Part shown: piece after piece, positions 51,849 through 59,966 of the stretch
How positions within the stretch are numbered: the first letter of the stretch is position 1
Layout of the letters: the number at the start of each line of letters is the position of its first letter
IMG/VR virus record: IMGVR_UViG_3300021171_000007
Span: 1 to 64,000 of that record
DNA length: 64,000 nucleotides
Reading direction: 5' to 3' (one strand)
From: a virus
Notes under the pieces: model-generated
Told to the model about the DNA's origin: nothing
Seen by the model: only the letters and a program-made list of their open reading frames with translations
Databases searched by the model: none
Program-made: the position numbers and the translations under genes

Positions 51849-51869
51849 AAGAGAGAAGGATGGGTTCTG

Positions 51870-53015
51870 ATGTTTCTGGATAAGATCTATAAAAAGGACG
51901 TTTCTGGCAATATAAGAGTTTGGCAAGCCGAAGTGGGGGAAGGTGAATGGGAAGGTTGCTGGAGATCGCATCACGGTACTTTAAATGGGCAAATCCAAAC
52001 AACACAATGGACAGAAGTAGAATTAAAATCACAATCATCTATAATGGAGCAAGCTATATTTTATGCCAATGCAGAAATGAAAAAGAAATTGAAAATAGAT
52101 TACAAACTCAATATCGAAGATATAAATGAGTCTCGAATGAGTTTTATTAAACCGATGTTAGCTCATACATATGTAGGATGGGAGCGCCCATGTTTTGCTC
52201 AACCTAAGCTAGATGGCGTTCGATGCTTGGCAAATGTAGATGGGCTTTGGACGCGCACCAATAAGCAGATCATTTCTACACCTCATATCGAGGGAGAATT
52301 GAAGGCATTTTTTGAAGATCATCCAGAAATTATTTTAGATGGAGAATTATATAATCACGACCTGCATGATAACTTCAATAAGATAATTTCTTTGGCTCGA
52401 AAGACTAAGCCTGAGTTTGCGGACTTAGAAGAGTCAGCAGAGCTTATAGAATATTGGATATATGATATGTTTAATCTAGAAAATTCTGACTCTATATTTG
52501 AAGAGAGATGGGATTATATACATGACAATTTATTTAATCTAGATCATAATATAAATATGATAAAAGCAGTTCCAACTCGGTTTGTTACAACGGAAGATGA
52601 GTTGGATATATACAATCAAGAACTCTTATTGGACGGATATGAAGGACAAATTGTGCGCCACAATGTTGCATATCAACAGAAGCGCACAGATAAACTTCTC
52701 AAACGAAAAGAGTTCGTTGACGAAGAATATGAACTAAAATCAATTGAAGAAGGAGCAGGGCAATGGAGCGGCTATGCAAAAATAGCTGTTTGCCAATTAC
52801 CAGATGGCAGAGAATTTAGAGCAGGTATATCTGGAACACAAGAATTCACATTACAACTTTTGGAGGAAAGAGAGAAGTATCATTCTGTTACGGTGAAATA
52901 TCAAGCATTAACTCCAGATGGAATTCCTCGCTTTCCAATAGCTATAAAGTTTTGGGAAGAAATGTTTGATAGACTAGACGAAGTTCTCAAACCGAAACGT
53001 GATCTTTTCGCATAG
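51870..53015 (+). CDS. lig: ATP-dependent DNA ligase
   Basis: PMLA, QPKLDGVRC, LDGELY, YEGQIVR, LLKRK, GIPRFP. Confidence 0.9.
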   Translation: MFLDKIYKKDVSGNIRVWQAEVGEGEWEGCWRSHHGTLNGQIQTTQWTEVELKSQSSIMEQAIFYANAEMKKKLKIDYKLNIEDINESRMSFIKPMLAHTYVGWERPCFAQPKLDGVRCLANVDGLWTRTNKQIISTPHIEGELKAFFEDHPEIILDGELYNHDLHDNFNKIISLARKTKPEFADLEESAELIEYWIYDMFNLENSDSIFEERWDYIHDNLFNLDHNINMIKAVPTRFVTTEDELDIYNQELLLDGYEGQIVRHNVAYQQKRTDKLLKRKEFVDEEYELKSIEEGAGQWSGYAKIAVCQLPDGREFRAGISGTQEFTLQLLEEREKYHSVTVKYQALTPDGIPRFPIAIKFWEEMFDRLDEVLKPKRDLFA

Positions 53016-53025
53016 GAGTTTGGTA

Positions 53026-53841
53026 ATGAACGAAGTGCAAACAACGACCCAAGGTCAACTAGCTTTAGATGATGAACTCTTATCGCTAGGAGGGATGGGA
53101 ACTGAGAATGTAAAGTCCAAAGACGTTCTTATTCCACGCCTAGTCATTCTGCAAGCACTGTCTCCTCAATTGAACAAAAAGAAAGCAGAATACATTGAGG
53201 GTGCAGAGATCGGTGATTTCTGCAATGTGGCAACTGGTGACATTTACAAGGAATCAGTTCTCGTTGTTCCTTGCCATTTTACTACGGATTATATTGAATG
53301 GACAAAGAACCGCGGTGGCTTAGCAGCAAACCACGGAGACGATGCTTCAATTTTGAAGCACACTGTCAAGAACGACAAGAACGAGAACGTATTGACGAAT
53401 GGTAACATTGTCCAAGAAACGGCACAATGGTATTGCCTTCTGCAAGATGGCGCCTCATGGTCAAGAATTTTCTTTCCGCTTAAGGCAACCAACCTAAAGC
53501 ACTCAAGAAAATGGCTTACATTATGCAGAGCAGAAGTGGTACAACTTCCGAATAACGAACTTTGGAAGCCGCCCCTTTTTTGGCGATCTTGGAAGTTGGA
53601 TATTATCAGTGATGGAAACGACCAAGGTGATTGGTACACATTTAGGCCAGTTAAGGGCGAATTAATAATGGATCTTGATCCAAGTAAGCAACTCATTAGA
53701 CTGTGCAAGTCATTTTACGAAGATATTCGTACCAACGTTGTTCGTCCTGATATTGAAACAACTCAAGACGAAACTGGTCCTATTATTGAAGGGAGAGCAA
53801 ATCCAAAAACAGATCCAACCGAAAAGGATATACCATTCTAA
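53026..53841 (+). CDS. ssDNA-binding / annealing protein
   Basis: IPRLVILQALSPQL..YIEGAEIGDF family motif; SSB-like C-terminal KDIPF. Confidence 0.6.
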   Translation: MNEVQTTTQGQLALDDELLSLGGMGTENVKSKDVLIPRLVILQALSPQLNKKKAEYIEGAEIGDFCNVATGDIYKESVLVVPCHFTTDYIEWTKNRGGLAANHGDDASILKHTVKNDKNENVLTNGNIVQETAQWYCLLQDGASWSRIFFPLKATNLKHSRKWLTLCRAEVVQLPNNELWKPPLFWRSWKLDIISDGNDQGDWYTFRPVKGELIMDLDPSKQLIRLCKSFYEDIRTNVVRPDIETTQDETGPIIEGRANPKTDPTEKDIPF

Positions 53842-53911
53842 GGAGGTGCTGGTGCGAGATATTGGGGTTACGCCTATATATCTGAGGGTTCGATTCCCTC
53901 TACCTCTTCCA
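53842..53911 (+). ncRNA. tRNA-like RNA lacking a D-stem
   Basis: Acceptor GGAGGTG/TACCTCT + T + CCA; T-arm GAGGG-TTCGATT-CCCTC; long central hairpin. Confidence 0.65.
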
Positions 53912-53927
53912 ATAGTGAGGAGATGAA

Positions 53928-54374
53928 ATGAGCCTTATTGAACACGATGTAGGTGAACACGCAACCCGAGCAATTGAAGAGAGACTTCTTGGTGTAGAAA
54001 GACCAAGATTATTGAGAACACTTTCGACCAAACCAGAACCGGTGGTTGAGGAGCCACCGGCACCGGAACCTGAATCTATGCCAACACCTGTTAAAATAGA
54101 CCATACATTAATTCCGATCGACGCTCTTGAAGAAGTGTCACGAGCACTTATGTATGGTAAAGAGAAACATGGCGCTTGGGGATGGATAGAACATCCAAAG
54201 AGCTATACTGAGCTTCTCGCGAAAGCGCAGCGCCACATTTTTGAGTTTCAACGCGGTGTGACAATTGATCCAGCAACTCAATTGTCACATATAGCATGTG
54301 CGATCTGTGATCTCATGTTTCTGCAATCCAATATTATAAAGGGTCGTGGAACAGATGACAGGTTCAAAGATTAA
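53928..54374 (+). CDS. dATP/dGTP diphosphohydrolase-domain protein (DUF5664-like)
   Basis: LIPIDALEEVSRALMYGKEKHGAWGW..AQRHI..DPATQLSHIACAICDLMFL. Confidence 0.75.
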   Translation: MSLIEHDVGEHATRAIEERLLGVERPRLLRTLSTKPEPVVEEPPAPEPESMPTPVKIDHTLIPIDALEEVSRALMYGKEKHGAWGWIEHPKSYTELLAKAQRHIFEFQRGVTIDPATQLSHIACAICDLMFLQSNIIKGRGTDDRFKD

Positions 54375-55003
54375 GGAGCATGGGAAGGCTAGGTTCGGTA
54401 GAAGTCCGATTGAAGTCCCTTCAATGAGCAACGCCTAGCATAGCAATGGACTGATCGCGCCTAATCGGAATGGAGGTAGACATGTCCTGAAGGGCATACT
54501 GAGGACCGGGGACATACGAGGTCCATGAGAGATTGAGAACACCGTGGAAATAATCCGTAGTAGCGAAAGCTAGTGTAACTCAAACCAGGCCGTTTTGCCG
54601 CTATACCAATGCGGAGTGCTGTAAACAGCAATTAGGCCAAATGAGGGAGATATGGGAATAAGATTAACATATCTCCCTCTCACTAATATAGAAAAGCTAG
54701 AACGATGGCTTAAATTGGAGGTTGTAGTGGACTATAAAGAATTTGATTGCATAGATTGTAATTGCCATGTATATACATGGGCAGATGATGACAGAGAACG
54801 ATGTGCAGTTTGCACATGGATTAATCAATTGCCTGATCTAACGCAAAACGAAATTGATGAGATACGTGTTATGACTGCAACTCCTATACTTCCCAAATAT
54901 AGAGATGATAATTTTCCTGAAAGAAATTGCGACTATTGTGGCAATTTATATAAAGGCCCAGCAGTTTATTGCAGCCATGCATGTGCAATGAAGGACGCTT
55001 AAC

Positions 55004-55558
55004 ATGAACGACGATATTCGTGATCTTTTCGGATTTGTTGCGCCATCTCAAGAGCAGTTGACGTCCATATCGAAATGGGCGAGTAAGGCTTTAGAGCTAC
55101 AAGCTGAGATTGAGCAAGTTGAGGCGCACCTAAAAGAATTGAATAGAGAATTAGCCCAAATCGAAGAAGTAGATTTGCCCAGAGCAATGATGTCTGCTGG
55201 CTCGGAAGAATTTACTATGACAGGAGGCGGCAAGATTTCCATAGACGATGTTATTCAGGGCAGTCTAGCTAAAGGTGAAGAAAAGCGGGAATATGCGATC
55301 CAGTGGGTGGCAGAAAATGACGGCCAAGAAATTATAAAAAGACATTTCGAGATAGATTACACCAGAGGCCAGCATTCCTATGCGATGGCATTACGTAAAC
55401 TGCTCGAAGAAAATCAGGTACATTTTGACGAGTTTGAGAGCATTCACACTAGCACCTTCAAAGCATTTCTGCGTGAGAAGTTAAGAAAGAATATCATGCC
55501 ACCCTTCGATAAGATGGGTTTTCGCTTTTTTAAAAAAGCTATTATCAAACCAAAGTAA
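55004..55558 (+). CDS. Conserved phage replication-module coiled-coil protein
   Basis: IEEVDLPRAM..IHTSTFKAFLRE pattern. Confidence 0.55.
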   Translation: MNDDIRDLFGFVAPSQEQLTSISKWASKALELQAEIEQVEAHLKELNRELAQIEEVDLPRAMMSAGSEEFTMTGGGKISIDDVIQGSLAKGEEKREYAIQWVAENDGQEIIKRHFEIDYTRGQHSYAMALRKLLEENQVHFDEFESIHTSTFKAFLREKLRKNIMPPFDKMGFRFFKKAIIKPK

Positions 55559-55644
55559 GAAAATGGCAGGACACGATTGGTTTGAGGCGTTAACGTATTG
55601 TACGATTATCGTTTGGTTTTTATACGATGTATGGAAGCGGCGTA

Positions 55645-56526
55645 ATGACTGATATCCATATTATTGGAGCAGGTATGTCTGGCTTGTTGGCAGCTAATAT
55701 GCTGCGGCGCCACAGAGTAACTGTGTTTGAAAAACAAGAGCAACTTCCAAATAACCATCATGCAGTCTTACGTTTTAGAACTCCAGAAATAGGCAATATT
55801 TTGGGTATTCCTTTTAAAAAAGTTAATATGATTAAAACTTACGAGCCATATATGAATGTGGTAGCAGATAGTTTGTCATATTCCAGGAAATGCACTGGTA
55901 AATATCTATCAGATAGATCCATTATTACTGGAACTATTCAATCTGAGCGTTACATTGCGCCTCAAAATCTAGTAGAACAAATGGCAGAAAATGTTAATGT
56001 CTGCTATGGCACAGGATTTGATCCATTAAAAAACAAAGCAAACATACCAGTTAAAGCTATTTCTACGTTGCCAATGCCTGTGCTAATGGCATTATTAGAA
56101 TACGAACATGATATTAATTTTGATAGTATCCCAGGTTGGGTCTTCACAGGCAGAATATTGGATTGCGATGCCTATGTCTCAATTTTATACCCAGGTCCAC
56201 AAGTATATAGTCGCGCCACTATTACGGGAGATCAAATTATTGTGGAATTCCCCAACCTTGGAGAAATTCCTGATATTGTTGATCTTGCTAATGTTTATAA
56301 CTCCCTTGGTTTATATGATTGTGTGGTACTTGATGCCGAATTTAAGAGACAGCCATATTTCAAAATAACAGAGATAGATGAAGCAGAACGCAAGGCGTTT
56401 ATGCGTTGGGCAACTGTCACATATGGTATCTATTCTCTGGGGCGCTACGCAACCTGGAGACCAAAACTGCTACTTGACGACCTAATCCACGATGTCCGCA
56501 AAATAGAAGGATGGATCTGCAAATGA
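55645..56526 (+). CDS. FAD-dependent oxidoreductase (Rossmann fold; UGM/PPO-like)
   Basis: IHIIGAGMSGLLAA..VFEK; C-terminal SLGRYATWR. Confidence 0.75.
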   Translation: MTDIHIIGAGMSGLLAANMLRRHRVTVFEKQEQLPNNHHAVLRFRTPEIGNILGIPFKKVNMIKTYEPYMNVVADSLSYSRKCTGKYLSDRSIITGTIQSERYIAPQNLVEQMAENVNVCYGTGFDPLKNKANIPVKAISTLPMPVLMALLEYEHDINFDSIPGWVFTGRILDCDAYVSILYPGPQVYSRATITGDQIIVEFPNLGEIPDIVDLANVYNSLGLYDCVVLDAEFKRQPYFKITEIDEAERKAFMRWATVTYGIYSLGRYATWRPKLLLDDLIHDVRKIEGWICK

Positions 56527-57014
56527 CATTCGAGCAACTTCTCAAAAAGGCTGCTGAAGAAGCCAACGAACATGAGCTAGTAACTATTACTATTTCAGAA
56601 ATAAGGAGCTATCTTGACAGCATAGAAAATCAATTAGAGGAACTCGATGGTGCTTTAGATTGGGCGCAAGGTGCAGTCCATTCTGGAGAAAGTAAAGAAG
56701 CTTGGGTTCTTATTAAGGTAGTATCATAGGAGGATGCGAATGAAAAAGCTACCTCCTTTAGGTGATCAAGCTATACAACCGGAATACAAAGAAAAGATGA
56801 TAGCATTAGCTCAAGCTATTGATGAACTATTTAATGGAGAAGCCAAAGGTAAAGATAAAAAAGTTGGTTTTGTATTAATGGTATTTCCATTTGGTAACGA
56901 AGATGGGCGTTGCAATTATATCAGCAACGGTGCTGATAGAAAAGATATTGTTGTTATGATGAAAGAACAGATTAAACGATTTGAAGGCCAAAAAGAAGAA
57001 GTTGGGAGAGCATA

Positions 57015-57749
57015 ATGAAAGTAACGCTTATTGACGGAACAGGATTTGGTTCTCCAAATCCAAGTCGCTATGCTGCAAATATGATTGCATACACTAGATC
57101 AACAAGACTCAATATGTCTCCAGGATTACTTGCTGAAATCCAAGCAAAAGAAGATTTTGAAGTTCTTAAAGAAGTGCAATTGGCAGCAGGTACAATTCCA
57201 TCTAGCTGGGAGTTCGTTCAATTCACATTTGTTATAGAGAAAGTGACACGAGCATTTACCCACCAATTGGTGCGCACCAGACACGCCTCATATGCTCAAC
57301 AAGCTATGCGTATTGTTGAGATGACAGATTTTGAATACGCTAGAGGTCCGTCTGTTGGAGAACAAGGATTATACGATGATACTATGGCAATGATTGCCAA
57401 AAATTATAAGATATTAATTGATTCAGGTGCAACGACTGAGGATGCGAGAGGCATATTGCCAACGAATATTCTCACCAATATTTGTATGCATATCAACATG
57501 CGTAACTTTGTTAATTTGACAAGGAAACGCGTCAGTAGACGTGTGCAAAATGAGTACAGAAATGTACTTGATGCAGCAATAATTGAAGTCGAGAAAACAT
57601 ATCCATGGTTCTATCTTTTCTATAAAAATGATGCATTTAAGGCCAGAAAAGATCTGCAAGATATGATCTATGAAAATAAGCACCTGCTACCTGAAGAAAA
57701 GGTAGACATGGTTAAGAAATTGGATATTATAGGAGGGCAAGAGTTATGA
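57015..57749 (+). CDS. thyX: ThyX-like flavin-dependent thymidylate synthase homolog (atypical motif)
   Basis: SWEFVQFTF..VTRAFTHQLVRTR..SYAQQAMR; EDARGILPTN; NMRNF; QNEYR. Confidence 0.8.
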   Translation: MKVTLIDGTGFGSPNPSRYAANMIAYTRSTRLNMSPGLLAEIQAKEDFEVLKEVQLAAGTIPSSWEFVQFTFVIEKVTRAFTHQLVRTRHASYAQQAMRIVEMTDFEYARGPSVGEQGLYDDTMAMIAKNYKILIDSGATTEDARGILPTNILTNICMHINMRNFVNLTRKRVSRRVQNEYRNVLDAAIIEVEKTYPWFYLFYKNDAFKARKDLQDMIYENKHLLPEEKVDMVKKLDIIGGQEL

Positions 57750-57921
57750 AATTAAATTGGGCAGAAGAACTTGCCCTAGATGTATCAATGTGTTATCAGC
57801 AAGGAAAGGTGGCGCGACAAAAGAATGAAAGCAGGTTCGACAATCCATATATGCAAAAGAAATTCACATACGAAAAAGCATGGGATCAAGGTTGGGTAGA
57901 TGAGGACGGTCTTATAAATCA

Positions 57922-58368
57922 ATGATAGTTGTTGTTGATCTCGATCATACTGTGTCTGACGCGTTTTGGCGCGACAGTATGATAGGTGTCAATCCTTGGG
58001 ATGAATATTACGAAAACGCTAAGTACGATAAGCCATTCAAGAACGTAGCTAATTTAATCAATTCTCTTTCTGCTATGAACTACGAGATTATAGCATTTAC
58101 TGGAAGACCAGAAAAATTTAGAACTCTAACAGTCAGTTGGTTAGTTCGTAATAGAATTGACATAGATACTATCTTGATGCGCCCAGACGAGGATTATACC
58201 AAAAATAGCGAGTTGAAACTTAGATTAATCAAAGAACATTTTAAGGATAGATTTTATCAAATACATTTTATTATTGACGATAATGAGGAATCAGTATTAG
58301 AATTTTACAAATTGGGGATACCTACACTTCAAATAAGAAACGTAAGACCAAAGGATCTCTTCGCGTGA
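57922..58368 (+). CDS. HAD-family phosphatase (PNKP phosphatase-like)
   Basis: VVDLDHT, FTGRPE, LMRP, IIDD. Confidence 0.8.
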   Translation: MIVVVDLDHTVSDAFWRDSMIGVNPWDEYYENAKYDKPFKNVANLINSLSAMNYEIIAFTGRPEKFRTLTVSWLVRNRIDIDTILMRPDEDYTKNSELKLRLIKEHFKDRFYQIHFIIDDNEESVLEFYKLGIPTLQIRNVRPKDLFA

Positions 58369-58658
58369 CAGAACTATCAGAAACAGAACAAGCCATAGGA
58401 CTTATGAATGAATTAATAAAGACTATGAAGGAGCGTGAAGCAGAGTATGGTAGTAATGAACACAAAACTGCCCAGATATTGATGATATTATTTCCAGAAG
58501 GAATACATGTCAACTCTTTTGAAGCAGCAGTCAGAATTAAATTCTTGATCTATATAATAGATAAACTCAGTAGATATTCAAAAAAAGGGAATAAAGATAG
58601 TTTGATAGATTTGGCAGGATATGCGTTGCGTTTGGCAGTATTCGATCCAAAGGAGTAG
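58365..58658 (+). CDS. All-alpha nucleotide pyrophosphatase-like small protein
   Basis: EREAEYG..KLSRY..DSLIDLAGYA. Confidence 0.5.
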   Translation: MTELSETEQAIGLMNELIKTMKEREAEYGSNEHKTAQILMILFPEGIHVNSFEAAVRIKFLIYIIDKLSRYSKKGNKDSLIDLAGYALRLAVFDPKE

Positions 58659-59173
58659 GTAGCAATGGGTAATGAGCCATATACTGAACAAGAATACAAA
58701 AGGGCATGGAAAGGAAATAACAGGTCAGTTCGTGATCTAATAGAAGAATGGCCTAAGAGCAGATGGCCAGCAGTAATTAAAGATGAATTAATTAATCAAT
58801 CAAAAATAGCAAACCCTAATGTTGGATTTACTCAATACATTGCCAATGGGTTAAATGGAGTAACTAATCAAACTAATTCTAAACCAATATTTACTCAACC
58901 AACAACAATTCCAAAAGACATAAAGGAATTGAGTATATTGAATTGGGCTAGATGGATATATTGGCATCAAGATGAATGGAAATATTCAGGCTGTAAATAT
59001 CCAGAAAAGAGCCGTGAATGGGTAACTGCAAAAGACAGAGATTCTGGGAGGGATATTGATAATCAAAAACTGTTACGCGAGTATGAATGGACAGAATTAT
59101 CTGATAACCAACTTTGGCTTGTTAGAGGAACTATCAACGCATTCATAATCTATCTAAGATCAATAGGTTTTAA

Positions 59174-59707
59174 ATGATCGCTACAGTATTTGACACAGAA
59201 ACAACTGGGTTAATCATTAACCCAGCTCGTAAATTGGATACACAGCCTGAGATCATATCTCTGGCAATGCAATCATTAATTGTGCCTAGTGGTGAATTAC
59301 AAGTATCATATTATAAAGTATTTAAACCAAAGAAACCTATCCCAGAAGAGATCACAAAGATAACTGGATTTACTAATGACTCTGTCTCTGGTGCGCCACC
59401 AATTAAAGATCATTTGGAAGATATAATTGTTTTCTTAGAAACATCAGAATTAATCATAGGTCAAAATCTAGGTTTCGATATGAGTATGATAGAGTTAGAA
59501 TGCCAAAGAGACAATAGACGAATTAAATGGCCAAAGAAACTTGATCTTGTTGCCAGCACAATACACCTTAAAGGCTATCGTTTGAGTCTTAAAAACCTTC
59601 ATACAGAATTGTTTGGAGTTGCATTTGAAGATTCACATACCGCAGATGCAGACGTTGCAGCAACCGTGAGATGCACTGTTGAATTATATAAGCGCGGCTT
59701 GTTATGA
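59174..59707 (+). CDS. dnaQ: DEDDh 3'-5' exonuclease (Pol III epsilon-like)
   Basis: VFDTETTGL, GQNLGFD, HTADAD. Confidence 0.85.
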   Translation: MIATVFDTETTGLIINPARKLDTQPEIISLAMQSLIVPSGELQVSYYKVFKPKKPIPEEITKITGFTNDSVSGAPPIKDHLEDIIVFLETSELIIGQNLGFDMSMIELECQRDNRRIKWPKKLDLVASTIHLKGYRLSLKNLHTELFGVAFEDSHTADADVAATVRCTVELYKRGLL

Positions 59708-59966
59708 AGAAGGTAAAGTATTACGTGTCCAGATACAACAGACATGAGGCAGAAATCCCAGAAACGTGGGAAGAGGCACGAAATATGTTAGAACATGTTA
59801 TGAAGAATTATAATAGCCATCGTGGCGGCAATAATGAGCGTCTCTCAGTTGCATGTCGCGTTGCTTTTGGTATGTTCAATAAAGATAATTTGATACCTGA
59901 TCCAACACATGCCTTGATGTTTTTAATGATGAAAATTTGTGAGCGCAAAGGAGCAGGGCTTGACAA

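Noticed and set aside
53842-53911. Canonical tRNA gene
   Set aside because: No D-stem and no 7-nt anticodon loop, so no amino acid can be assigned
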